This document shows, in pieces, positions 29,131 through 43,395 of a stretch of 64,000 nucleotides of DNA; the stretch's first letter is position 1, and the number at the start of each line of letters is the position of its first letter. Below the pieces are notes generated by a model. That model searched no databases. It was not told the origin of the DNA and saw only the letters and a program-made list of their open reading frames with translations. The stretch is from Octopus sinensis (Eukaryota). Position numbers and translations under genes: made by a program. The DNA lies in the NCBI RefSeq assembly GCF_006345805.1, contig NC_042998.1, forward strand, positions 23,622,001 to 23,686,000, written 5' to 3'.

Positions 29131-29570
29131 TGCAGGAAAGGCTGTGTGGTAAGTAGCTTGCTTACCAACCACATGGCTGTGGATTCGGTCCCACTGTGTG
29201 GCAACTTGGCCAAGTGTCTTCTCCTATAGCCTCGGGCTGACCAAAGCCTTGTGAGTGAATTTGGTAGATGGAAACTGAAAGAATCCCATTGTATGTATGT
29301 ATGTATGTATGTGTGTGTGTGTGTGTGTGTGTGCGTGTGGGTGTGTGTGCGTGTGTGTGTGTGTATGCTTGTGTGTTTGTGTTTGTCCCTCCACCATCGC
29401 TTGGCAACCGATGTTGGTGTGTTTACATCCCAGTAACTTAGCAGTTCGGTAACAGAAACCAATAGAATAAGTACTAGGCTTACAAAGAATAAAGCCTGGG
29501 GTCAATTTGTTCAACTAAAGGCGGTGCTCCAGCATGACCAGAATCAAATGACTGAAACAAATAAAGGAAT
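29131..29570 (+). mobile_element. Family B SINE
   Basis: Head, microsatellite and tail present. Confidence 0.85.
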
Positions 29571-32468
29571 AGCTATACAATAGCAGTGTTCCTTGACCAA
29601 TTGTGGTCGACTCCACCTATTAACAATACAGCGATCAGCTGTGCTCTTTAACCATTAATCTAAAAGTTTATCTGTTCAAAAACAGAATGTCTATCAGAAT
29701 TTTTTGACTCAAATTATCAAAACAATACTTCCAGTCTTATTTTCCCATACTTTTTTCTTGTTTTCTTTTCTGTTTTAATAATTTATATCAAGAATCAATA
29801 ATTAATTTCATTTCTCCATATTTCAAAGTAAAATTGTAGAGAGTTTTCGTCTTAACTTAATTTTCTCTTCATTCATCGCAGTATGGTAAATTCTCTATTG
29901 AGGTCATCCAACCTGGCTAGAAAGAGCAACTAATGACTTACAGATCATAGATATGGCTGTCTTAAAAAAACAAAGATTTGGTGGCCATGATTGGAATGTC
30001 TTCGGTCTGCTGGGTTTTGGTTGATCTAGAGCTAAACAACAACTACCATGAGCACCAAGACCGCCATGACCACCACCACCAATGTCACCTACACCCCACC
30101 CACTACCATTGACACTACTGCTGCCAGTAGCAGCAGCAACACCCCACCACCACATAGTGACCACCATTGCTACCACCACCATCTGGACTCTTTTGTCGCT
30201 GACGAGAGGCAATCTATCTTTCTGACTACTATCTTCACAAAGACTAAACGTGCTTATTCTGTCTCTTCATAAGCTCGACTCCCTAAGCGTTCAGAATCAT
30301 TTTTCCATCATCTTGGCTTAACAGCTCTCATCGTTTGTTTTTACTGTTTTGTTCGCATTGTTCCGTCTTTTACTGTTTTTACTGTTTTGTTCTCACTGTC
30401 CTGTTCTTATTACCACTTTCACTCTCCGTAAAAAATCCCAAATTTTATTTAATTTGCTTTGTGGGAAGGACTGTTTCAACAAAGTCGCGTCTTGTCCTTG
30501 CCTTCGAAATGTGGAGTAGTTGAAACAGGGACAACTGATGAAGGGGAATATTCTTTATGTTGTATGTCTTGTTTCTCTGTTTTTTTTTCGCTGCCCTAAA
30601 AAAGGTTTGTTTCTATGTTTTTGTTTTTATGCTTTCGTTTCTCATTGTGTTCAATGTTTTTTTGATGTCTTGTAACCATATATGCATGTATATATACATA
30701 TATATGTAGGTATGTACATATATGAATGTATATATATGCATATATTTATATTATATATATATATATATAATAATAAGGGTAAATAATTTTTTCGATGGTT
30801 TTTCAGACAACCAACAATTATTTACCGGTAGATTTCGGTATGTAAATATGACCTTTAGCGTCGGGAACTTCTGTGGAGTTCAGTATATATAGTATATAAG
30901 TAAAAAGGGCAGGCAACAGGTTGCTGACCTTCTTACTTATATATATATATATATAGTTAATCCCAAAAAATCGAAGAAAAAACACAAGAAAAAACAACAA
31001 TGTGAGGACGTGGTACATGCAAAACATTAGCAGGTATCAGGGAAGGAAAGAAAGGTAGTTTTATGCTTCGAGCAAAGCTCTTCTTCAGAAACAGGAGACA
31101 GAGGAAAGTCCAAGAGAAAAGGAAGATGGAGGTAAAAAAATCACCAACAATCCACATGTGGTCACATTTTCTGATGCAGTAAAGAATCTGAAACTTTATC
31201 TGACCCAGGTTGCATAATCCAGCCATAATGTTTACTGAAACAAGTGTAAGACGACCTAATGAAATACTTTATGAATCAACTCTTGTCTATGTGATGAACT
31301 TATGCAGAGTTTCAATCTACAAAATTCCACTGACATTGATTAATCTGGAATCATGGTATATACAGTGGAACAAAACCTGATATCCCATAGTGGCAAAGTA
31401 AACTTCTAAGGCATAACAGTATGCATATGTCCTTGAATTTTATCAGATATTAAAATGAAAATATTGAAACAAATTTCTAAGTGGAATTTTCATTTTATTT
31501 TTAAATGAAGTTATTTACAAAATATATTTTTAAAATATTTCAACAGAAATCAAATCATGTAAAAATTAAAAAGGAAATCAATTTTAAATTGGCATTATTA
31601 TTATTAAGAAAGAAATTTAATATAAAAATATTTTAGCACCAAAACAAATGAACAATGGTTCTTTTTGCTACCCTGACTGTCATTTATACAAATAATGTAT
31701 GCTAATTCATTAAAAATGTTTATAAAAGACAAAAAGCACAAAATTTTCCAAAAACGTAAAACATGATTTTTTTTGAAATTTGTAAGGACCATGTAATTAA
31801 ATTGTCTCATAGGTACAAACACCAAATGCCAAAAACGTTATTGGTACTGGTGTTGAATATAATAAAACATTGTACTTGGTTTAATATATAGAATGACGGA
31901 TAAATAGAATTATAATTTTTTGGACTATTAACTTCATCATTAGAGATGAAACGCTTTTTAGTACTTGCATTTGTGGCCTTGTGCCAACATTGTGAATCAA
32001 TATTTATATTTACACTGTGTTTCAATTGGAAATCATAAGCTGATCGAAATATAATGGAGATGTAAATATTAAAAAAAAAAATGTTTCATCTTTAAAGACG
32101 AGGTTAATAGTCTGATAAATTATAATCTTATAAATAACACATCTCAGACAGTTAGACGTTTAATTAAGATAAATAGCCAGAACAAAAAACAACAACAAAA
32201 AACAAAAGAAATAAAATAAAAACAAAAGCAACGTAGAGCACGTTGCCCTTTCATGTGTTGAACAGCTTAAAAATAATTTGACTTTTGTCTACATCAGAAA
32301 TCATTTGGAAGTATTTACATCTAACTTTCTTAGAATTGCAAACAATTGCCATTGCGTGGTTAAGAGGTTTGCTTCCCAACCACAAGGTTCCGGGTTCAGT
32401 CCCACTGCGTGTGCACTGACTGTAATCTTTCGAGTGGATTTTGCAGACCGAAACTGACACACAAACAT

Positions 32469-32521
<53 letters not shown>

Positions 32522-35329
32522 GTATGTATATATATGACGGGCTTCTTTCAGCTTCCGTCTACCAAATCCACTCACAAGAATTTGGTCAGCCCGAGGTTAT
32601 AATAGAAGACACTTATCCAAGGTGCCACACAGTGGGACTGAACCCAGAACCATGTGGTTGGTAAGCAAGCTTCTTACCACACAACTACTCTATACTTTAT
32701 TATAACCTTCCACATGGAACCATGCTATTTACATCTATGAGAACTGAGATACTTAACCATGTTGACCATAAATATTGGTAACAAGATATGAAATATTAAT
32801 CTGTAGGTTTTGAAATCTATATCTGGTTAAAATAGCCAACTATACATCTATGTTTTACTTGTGTCAGTCATTAAACTGTGGCCATGCTGGGGCACTGCCT
32901 TGAAAAATTTTAGTCAGATGGATCGACTCAGTACTTACTTTTCTCAAGCCTGACACTTATTCTATCAGTCCCTTTTGCCAGGTTGCTAAGTTAAGGGGAT
33001 CTAAAAACACCTCCACTGGTCAAACAGTTGTGGGAGACAAACACATACTCATACACGTATATATCATTGTGGCACTCCGTCAGTTACAACGACAAGGGTT
33101 CCAGTTGAGTTGATCAACAGATCAGCCTGCTTGTGAAATTAACGTGTAAGTGGCTGAGCACAGACATGTGTACCTATTTCTTTACTACCCACAAGGGGCT
33201 AAACACAGAGGGGACAAACAAGGACAAACAAATGGATTAAGTCGATTATATTGCCCCCAGTGCGTAACTGGTACTTTATCTAATCGACCCCGAATGGATG
33301 AAAGGCAAAGTCGACTTTGGTGGAATTTGAACTCAGAACGTAGCGGCAGATGAAATACCGTTAAGCATTTCGCCCGGCATGCTAACATTTCTGCCAGCTC
33401 GCCGCCTTTATGTACCCTTAATGTAGTTCTTGAGGAGATTCAGCATGACACAGGGTGTGACAAGGCTGGCCCCTTGAAATACAGGTACAACAGAAACAGG
33501 AAGAAAGAGTGAGAGAAAATTGTGGTGAAAGAGTACAGCAGGGTTTTCCCCCACCCTGCCGGAGCCTCATGGAGCTGTAAGTGTTTTCACTCAATAAACA
33601 CTCACAACGGCCAGTCTGGGAATCAAAACTGCAATCATATGACTGCGAGTCCGCTGCCCTAACCACTGGGCCATTGTGCCTCCACACACATATATATACA
33701 TATACACATGACAGGCTTCTACCAAATCCACTCACAAGACTTTGGTCGGCCTGAGATTATAGTAGAAGATACTTGGCCAAGGTGCCACACAGTGGGATTG
33801 AACCTGGAACCATGTGGTTGAGAAGCAAACTTCTTACTATGTGCTCACAACACCTGTATCATATTACAATGAAAATACTTTCATGCATTAAATATAAGTG
33901 GTACTTGCAGCAACAGATTTGAAGATGTTTATCGTGTTAAAATATTAATATCACATTTCAAACAAAGCTGACATTTTGTTTTTGAAGTGTAATATTTTGT
34001 AGTTTATGATAAATATAATTTAAGAAAAAAAAAACAAAAACGTGGAACTTTAGTTGTAAAGATATAGCAATATAATTTTGTGTTTTAAGATTATCTGAGA
34101 TGTAAAAAGAAGAAATTTATTTCTAAAACTGTCTTTGAACTATTTAATTATTCGTTTGATTTTAGGTTGTTTATAAAGGTTGGTGCTTCTCACTTTTTAA
34201 ATGTTCTTTATATTTCAGGGGAGGTGGGGAAATGAAAATTTCAATTGCAGTGTGGAAAGAGCACAAGTGAATGGAAAGATCAAATTTTTAGATAAGATAG
34301 TGATAATGATGATGATGATGATGATGATGGTGATGACAATAATTGTTTCAAAGGCCAAACATTTGGAAGAAGGGGATTAGTCGATTAAACTGGTCACCAA
34401 TATTTAGGTATTATTTTGTTTCAGCAAACCTGGAAGGATGAGAAACAATATTGACCTTAGAAGAGCTTGAACTCAGAACATTAACGTCTGTAACTAAATA
34501 CCACAAAGTGTCTTGTCCAACTCTCCAATGATTCTGCCCCTCCACAGCCAGTCATAAGGATGGCAAATGAAAGGACACAACAAGGGCAAATTATGAAAAG
34601 ACAGAGGGTTTACATAGAACTAAATAGGAAAAAACCTGGTGAATCGTAACATAAGAACAATGCCACAAATCTATAATAATAATAATAATAATAATGATGA
34701 TGATGATGATGATCTTTTCTACTTAAAGCACAAAGTCTGAAAATTGTGGAAAGGGGATAAGTCAATCACATTGACCCCAGTACTTGACTGGTACTTAATT
34801 TATTGACCATGAAAGGACAAAAGGCAAAGTCAACCTCGGTGGAATTTGAACTCAGAATGTAAAGATGGATGAAACACTGCTTAGCATTTTACCTGGCATT
34901 CTTTTATTCTTTTACTTGTTTCAGTCATTTGACTGTGGCCATGCTGGAGCACCGCCTTTAGTCGAGCAAATCGACCTCGGGACTTATTCTTTGTAAGCCC
35001 AGTACTTATTCTATTGGTCTCTTTTGCCGAACCGCTAAGTAACGGGGACATAAACACACCAGCATCGGTTGTCAAGCAATGCTAGGGGGACAAACACATA
35101 TACACATATATATATATACATATATACGACAGGCTTCTTTCAGTTTCCGTCTACCAAATCCACTCACAAGGCATTGGTCGGCCCGGGGCTATAGCAGAAG
35201 ACACTTGCCCAAGATGCCACGCAGTGGGACTGAACCTGGAACCATGTGGTTGGTTAGCAAGCTACTTACCACATAGCCACTCCTGCGCTTGGCATGCTAA
35301 CGAATACATCAGCTTGCCGTCTTAATGAC

Positions 35330-35364
<35 letters not shown>

Positions 35365-36116
35365 ACATGATAATGGTTTCTGATTTTGGGAAAAATCCAG
35401 CAATTTTGAGAGATGGAATTAGTTGATGCCATTTGCCCCCAGTATTTAAATGTATATACGATGGGCTTTATTGACCCTGACTAGATGAAAAATGGAGTTG
35501 AATTTTGGAGGGATTAGAACTCACAATGTAAAGAACTGAAAAAATATACTGCAAAGCATTTTTTTCTGATGCTCAAGCAATTTTTCCAATCCATTACCCC
35601 TTCCCCCTAAATGTCAGACCTTGTGTCTATAGTAGAAAGGATTATTATTATTATTATTAAAATCGTAATCTATCAACATCAGTGGAATTTGTAGCTGTGA
35701 TACCAGTGCCGGTGGCATGTAAGAGAACCATCCGAACGTGGCCGTAGCCAGCGCCGCCCTGACTGGCTTCCGTGCCGGTGGCACGTAAAAAGCACCATCC
35801 AACCGTGGCCGTTGCCAGCTTCGTCTGGTCTCTGTGCCGGTGGCACGAAAAAAGCACCATCCGATCGTGGCCGTAACCATCTGAACATGGCCGTAGCCAG
35901 CGCCGCCCTGACTGGCTTCCGTGCCGGTGGCACGTAAAAAGCACCCACTACACTCACGGAGTGGTTGGCGTTAGGAAAGGCATCCAGCAGTAGAAACACT
36001 GCCAGATCAGACTGGGCCTGGCGCAGCCTTCTGGCTTCCCAGACCCCAGTTGAACCGTCCAACCCATGCTAGCATGGAAAGCGGACGTTAAACGATGATG
36101 ATGATGATGATGATGA

Positions 36117-36148
<32 letters not shown>

Positions 36149-36824
36149 CAATATCATGCAAAATGCTTAGTGGCATTTTGTCTGTCATTATGTTCGAAGT
36201 TCAAATCCTGTCAGGGTGAACTTTGCCTTTGATCCTTTTGGGGGTCAATGAAATAAATACCAGTCAAACATTGGGGTTGGTGTAATTGAATAACCCTCCC
36301 GTCCCAAATTTCAGGCCTTGTGCCTATAATAGAAAGGTTTGCTATTGAAGAAAGAAGAGAGAAAGAAAAATAAAAATACTCTTATGAAAAGTGGTTTCTG
36401 ATTTAGGTACAAGGCCTGGATTTTGGTGGGAAAGCCAGTTAGTTGATATCATCACCCCAACACCCAATATTTTGCAGGTACTTGATTTTATTAACCCCCA
36501 CAAAAGGATGAAAGGCAAAGGTAACCTCAGTGGGATTTGAACTCGGGAATGTAAACAGTAAGAACAAATACGAGGCTTTTTTTTTCTGACGTTCTAAATA
36601 TTCTGCCAGCTTGCAGCCTTCCTAATTACAGACAAGAGGCTTGAAGATTAGAGGAAGGGAGAGGGTTGATTAAATCAACCCTAGTAGGTGACTGGTACTT
36701 TGACTCTCTATCATACTCCAACCTCTTGTCTGGCACACAGTCACTTCTCTCAGTTCCTAACCCTCTCTTAGTTGAGATGTCCTGGTCTTGCAAACCACTT
36801 GGTGATCCCATGGGTACTGGTGTT

Positions 36825-37125
36825 GCATAAAAAGCACCTGCACTAACACCATCTAAAAAGCACCCATGCTGGTGCCATATAAAAGGCATTCATGCTGATT
36901 CCACATAAAAAGCACCCATGTTGGTGCCACAAAAGTCACATGTGCTGGTGCCACATAAAAAGCACATGTACTGGTCCCACATAAAAAGCACCTATGCTGG
37001 TGCCACATAAAAAGCACCCATGCTGGTGCCACATAAAAAGCACTCATGCTGGTACCACAAAAATCACATGTGCTGGTGCCACATAAAAAGCACATGTGCT
37101 GGTGCCACATAAAAAGCACCCATGC
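36825..37125 (+). repeat. ~26-bp minisatellite, ~12 units (tgctggtgccacataaaaagcaccca)
   Basis: Directly visible; followed by an RTE-type tail. Confidence 0.85.
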
Positions 37126-37634
37126 TGGTGCCATGCATGTAAGCACTTGAGCTGGCTCCACAGAAAAAACAAAGTGGTTGGAGTTAGGAAGGAAGGGCAT
37201 TCAGCCAAAACCGACAACTGGAGCCTGGTGCCACCCACTGGCTTGCCAGCTCCTGTCAAACCATCCAACCCATGCCAGCATGAAAAACAGACATCAAATG
37301 ATGATGATGATGGGGTCGATAGAATAAGTACCAGTTGAGCACTGGGACTGATGTAATTAACTTATCCTGTTCCTGAACTTGCCGACCTTGTACCAAAATT
37401 TGAAACCAATAATTTACCACCAAACTGTTTTACTTTTATCAGTAATCTTTTAATAAAAGCTATTTTAAAGTTAAGGCAATAGGCTTTTGACTATGTTACC
37501 AACATGCTTCAGTTTACTAAATGAAAGACATCAATCTATAAAACAAACTGCTTCGTTACAAAGCAATGTCCTATATTAGTATACCAAAATGGATATTAAA
37601 CTGCTAAAATATATAAATAATAATTTATGTTGTT

Positions 37635-37672
37635 TTTATTTATGGAGAAGAAAATTTGAAATTGATTTTATT
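37635..37672 (-). promoter_or_regulatory. Candidate polyadenylation signals of the NTPDase gene
   Basis: AATAAA on the minus strand at 37640-37635 and 37672-37667, ~170-210 nt after the stop; the AT-rich context makes chance hits likely. Confidence 0.35.
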
Positions 37673-37842
37673 TTAATTTTATTTTTAAATTAAATAAAAT
37701 TTAAAAATTAAAAATATCTGAAATATATAAAGTTTAAAATTTTAAAAAAATATTATAACATCCTAAAATAGAATGAAAAGAAATGGTTGGCTGAATTATA
37801 AAAACAACTAAAATTCGTTTGTTAAAATCGTCTTTTTAAAAA

Positions 37843-38070
37843 TTACGCCACAGCTGTTGATCCATAATCTGGGGCTTTATCATAACTGTCAATTGTAGGG
37901 GTTTCTCTTTTGGCAACAAGTGCAAATCCGATAGAAAGGAAGATAAACAAAATAAAGAGTACAGCCAACAAAATAAATGTAGTTAGTCCTAAACTTGAAG
38001 TCTCAGCAGGGATTTCATTACTGGTGTAGAGCATAAATCCTAAAGTCCATCCCATACTAGTACTGGCCAC
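37843..38070 (-). CDS. ENTPD1-like: Exon 11: ACR5, TM2 and tail ([14 protein letters not shown]...[24 protein letters not shown]...DYGSTAVA*)
   Basis: atatttcag acceptor, GWTLG motif, hydrophobic helix, TAA at 37845-37843. Confidence 0.93.
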   Translation of the reverse strand: MASTSMGWTLGFMLYTSNEIPAETSSLGLTTFILLAVLFILFIFLSIGFALVAKRETPTIDSYDKAPDYGSTAVA

Positions 38071-38983
38071 CTGAAATATATAAGTGGAATAATGATTTAC
38101 AACAGAAGGATAGCTAAATGTATGTCTGCAGTTACATGTTGTTTCCTTCACATGAAAATAAACAGAGCATGATTTTGTAAATGACAAATTTATGAGAGAT
38201 ATAGAATTAATGCAGCAATGATTGATTCTGAAGTAATCAGGAGCAAGTGTGGCTGTGTGGTAGAAATTTGCTTCCCAACCACATGGTTCTGGGTTCAGGC
38301 CTATTGTGTGGCCCCTATGGTGGGTGCCATGCAGTGGGACTGAACCCGGAACCATGTCGTGGGGAAGCAAGCTTCTTACCACATAGTCATGTCTGCACAT
38401 GTTTCTACAATGAATTGAGAAGTGGTAACGAGTGATAATTCTGTAAATAATGATATTTTATAAGCTTAATGCTTATAAGTGATCACTGTGAATGGACCAA
38501 AAAAAAATAGTGTCATATTGGTGCATAAAAACCCTCGATGGAAAAAAGAAAAAGTGGGTTTTCTGTATGCATTTCTTTTGTCAACCTACGGTGGTTGCTT
38601 TTAAGCTTTAAGCTCATAAACAATTATTATCTACAGAATTGTCACTTGTCACCACTTCTCAATTCAATGCAGAAAACCCACACACAAAAAAATATATATA
38701 TAAAAAAACAACACTATGAAATTATAATTCTTAAATCTAACAGGAAGAAGTGAGTGGGTACACAGGTGTAATGGTTGTACACTTATTACGAATATGTAGA
38801 AGTGTGGGCTTGTGTCCCATACATTAAAAAAAACCCACTTTTTCCTGTTGAGAGCTTACATGCCCCAATATTAGACTATTTTCTCTAGTCAATACACAAC
38901 AATTGCTTATAAGCTTTAAGCTTATAAAATATTATTATTATTTACAGATATACACATACATATATATATATATTATATATATA

Positions 38984-39018
<35 letters not shown>

Positions 39019-40689
39019 GATATATATATATACATACACACACACACATATATATACACACATATATATACATACACACATATATTAATCTACCTATCTA
39101 CATATACATATATATATATATAATCTATACACACACACACACACACACATACATACACACACACACACGTACATGCATACACAAACATATACATGAAATC
39201 ATAGTAATAATAATCCTTGGTTGGAATTTATAAACAATTAATGCATTTCCACATGTGCATTTCCACAAGTCACATGACTCTTAAGATCACAGTCCGTATT
39301 TTATCCTACATGATATCAGTACAGCTTGATGCAACCCCAAAGGACTGGTTCCCCATTTAGCATTATTAGACTGTGGCTGGTCTAATGAAATAGGAGCTTT
39401 ATTTGCCTATTCAAAATATTTCCCATAAATAAATTTAAAAGATAAATATATATATATATATGGAGGTGCAATGGTCCAGTGGTTAGGGCAGCAGACTCGC
39501 AGTCGTAGGATCGCGGTTTCGATTCTCAGACCGGGCGTTGTGAGTAGCGAAAACACCTAAAGCTCCACGAGGCTCTGGCAGGGGTGGTGGCGATCCCTGC
39601 TGTACTCTTTCACCACAACTTCTTTCTTCTGTTGGCCTGCTCGCTTAGCCAGCGGGGTGGCGTCATTTGAAGGCTAAAACAATGCGAAGCGCATTGTGAC
39701 CAGCGATGTGAAACAACATCTGATAGCCTGGTCGCTCACGGTGATATATATATATATATATATATATGTGAAGGCACATGGCTCAGTGGTTAGAGTGTCG
39801 AGCTTATGATCATGAGGTTGTGAGTTCGAATCCTGGACCGGGCTGCATGCTGTGTTCTTCAGCAAGACAGTTCACTCAGCTGTAGAAATGAATGGCAACG
39901 TCACAGGTGCCAAGCTGTATCTGGTATTATATACATGAGGTTTGATCAATAAGTATTGATTACAGCAGTGCTTGGAAGGAAGGTGTGTAGTGTGTGATTG
40001 TCGCATTGACAATGACAGAGAAAGTTGTCATGGCAATACCTGCTCAGAGGCCTATGCAAAGTTGCAGAAAGTGTATGGAGAGGAGTGTATGAGCTGCACA
40101 CAAGTTTACGAGTGGTTCAGATGTTTCTAAGATGGCCTAAAAATGTTGAGAGTGACAAACGTTCTGGGAGACCTGCAACCAGCAGAACTGAGAAAAACAT
40201 TGCAGATGTGCATGCAGCTGTGAGGAGAAATTGTCAAATCACCATTCGTGAGTTATCAGAGGATGTGCAGATTAGTTACAGTTCCGTTCTGTCCATTATC
40301 ACTGATTTGGGTATGAGATACATGCCTGCCAAGTTTTTGCCAAAACTGCTTTCAGCTGACCAAAAAGGCACCCGGGTTTCAGTTGCACATGATCTTCTTG
40401 ATAGTGTCGAGAAAAATGGAAATTTTTTGAAAACTTTGTGTAGGCTTCTGAGCAGGTATCCCCAAGCTTATGGCAAAATTTGATGGTCAACTTTTTCTGT
40501 CATGGTCAATGCGACGATCACAAACCTTCCTTTCAAGCAATGCTCTAAACAGTGGAAGTGAGCTAGAACATTAAAACTTAGCATGCATACACAGCAAAAT
40601 TGAAGCTCAATCTGTGCCAAGTGGCTTCACTCTGCATGTTTTAGCTTTGTTACTATGGTAACAGTTCGAATACTTAATGATCAGACCAG

Positions 40690-40733
<44 letters not shown>

Positions 40734-43186
40734 TTCTAAAAATAGCATTTCTAAATTCTAAAAATAGCCCAACAATTGCTGCCTTGGCCAGGGTTAAGAT
40801 ACAGGACTCTTGACATGTCCAACAAAGCGTGACGCCTAAACCAATCAGCTCAACCAACCAATCAGCTTAAGTAATTGAGTGATACTACACACTGATTGGT
40901 CATAATACAGTTTGCAAAACCTAGCAATCTGGAGCCTACACAGCTGTATTTAAGGCACAGATTTAATCATCTCGCTACAGTCAAAAATTGTGAAGCATGA
41001 CTGTCACCACTACTACATGAACCTGAAGATTGCAGAATTTAATGCATGAAAGTACTAGTTCAATCAGAATGAACATTTAACATTCTATTATTTTATTTTA
41101 TTTTATTATATTATATTATCTTATATCATTATAAGATTGTAAATAAAACATGAAAATCAGACAAGATTGGAATTCCTTTTATTAATATAAATATATATAT
41201 ATATCTTGGAGTAGTTGGTGTTAGGAAGGGCATCCAGCTGTAGAAACTCTGCCAGATCAGATTGGAGCCTGGTGCAGCCATCTGGTTTGCCAGTCCTCAG
41301 TCAAATCATCCAGCCCATCCCAGCATGGAAAGTGGATGTTAAACGATGATGATGATGATGATGATGATGATATATATGTATACACAGGAAAGAAGTGCTT
41401 AGAAGAAAGATACTGACCTTATTTGTAAAATGAAGGGAGTTCCATGAGGAATTATCAAAATGATAACCTTTGGTGAGAATAGTTTTTATATAAACTGCTT
41501 CAAAGCAAACCTCTCTTAGAATTGATATGCTAAGTCCAGGAACTATTGAAGCCTGCAAGTTAAAAAATAAAATTTAAACAAAAAGACAAAATAAAAGAAA
41601 TAAACAAAACAAACAAAACTACCAAACAAAAAATGTCATTTACATATATTTAAAATCATCAAATAAATCTTTAGTTGAAAATAGAAATACTAAAATATTC
41701 AGAGTTCAGAAAGATATACTGTTATCGGTCAAAGAATCGACAGCAAAGTGGAGAAGCTTACTTCATCCCAAGACAACTTGCACCAATCTTCTATTGCATC
41801 GTTGTATTCTTCTAGACTAAAGGTATCATTGTTCCGTGTCAAATTCAGGAAAGAAGCAGTGTAATAATAGGTTGAAAATGCCTGAAATTAACAAAATATA
41901 TTTCTAGGTTTAATACATATACATACATATAGATCAGTATCTTCATCAATACAACTTTACGTGTATATATATAATCACTTATAGAATTATAATAATAAGG
42001 GTTTTTTGCAACAAGTTGCTTAAACCACATACCGAAAATATTAGAAATAGCAGCCAAAGGACTACTATTTCTTTTAGTCCTTTGGCTGCTATTTCTAATA
42101 TTTTCGGTATGTGGTTTAAGCAACTTGTTGCAAAAAACCCTTATTATTATAATTATATAAATTTTTACCGAATATGGTCCTTTTCCATACCGAAATACTA
42201 CTAGGTGAAATTTATTGATTTTATTAAATTAATTATATTTCACCCTTTATCTGTATTAATCACTTATAGACATACTCTGGTATGCAGTTTCACAGTCTGC
42301 TTTAAGTTCCAGATCCAATGCAGGTATTTTTTTTATTCTTTTATTTGTTTTGGTCATTTCACTGTGGCCATGCTGGGGCACTGCCTTTACTCGAATAATC
42401 GACCCCAGGACTTATTCTTTGTAAGCCCAGTACTTATTCTATCAGTCTCATTTTGCTGAAACACTAAGTTACAGGGACGTAAGCACATCAGCATCGGTTG
42501 TCAAGTGATGTTTGACAAACAAAGACACACAAGCATACACACACACACATATATATATACATATGTACGACGGGCTTCTTTCAGTTTCCGTCTACCAAAT
42601 CCACTCACGAGGCTTTGGTTGGCTTGAGGTTATAGTAGAAGACACTTGCCTAAAGTGCCACGTAGTGAGACTGAACTCAGAACTATGTGGTTGGGAAGCA
42701 AGATTCTTACCACATAACTACAACTGCACCTATCACAGCCACACCTATGCCTATGGAAGATATATATATATATATATATTTTAAAGGAAAAAGAAAACAA
42801 AACCAAGGCAGGACGAGCATCTCAGGTCATTTGAAATATTTAATTAGAGTAAGGTGAATCAAAAAGAAGAAATAGAAGTATATAATGTCTTACAACTGTT
42901 TCTGGGATATCTCAGGCAACGTATATATATATATATAGATAGATAGATATATTAAATTAGAGATAAAACCACTATTAGGCAAATCAAATAGTGAAAAACA
43001 TAAACCAAAACATAGAAATAAAATTAATTAATATAATATACAAAATATATAAAATATAAAATTCAAAATTTAAATTGATTTGCCTAATAGTGGTTTTATC
43101 TCTAATTTAATATATATATTTATACTGTAAAATTAGATTTAATCCTAAATCCAATTTTTTCCTGTAAGTTTGGATTTACTCCCTAA

Positions 43187-43225
<39 letters not shown>

Positions 43226-43353
43226 TCTTTACTAATGTTCGTTTTTATGTTCAGTTATAATAAAAATGATTTTACTTTAATCTGAAAGATTACTCTGTAC
43301 TTTTGTAGAGTACAAATTTATTATTCTTTAGCTAGGATATTATTGACAGTGAC

Positions 43354-43395
<42 letters not shown>

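Noticed and set aside
31945-32040. Signal-peptide-like MKRFLVLAFVALCQHCES on the plus strand
   Set aside because: Stops after 30 codons with no convincing donor site or downstream exon.
1-37600. A tandem NTPDase paralog downstream of the gene
   Set aside because: No ACR1-5 motifs found in any frame I read outside 37.8-60.2 kb.
37843-37890. C-terminal tyrosines (YDKA, YGST) as endocytic YxxPhi motifs
   Set aside because: Neither has a bulky hydrophobic residue at +3.
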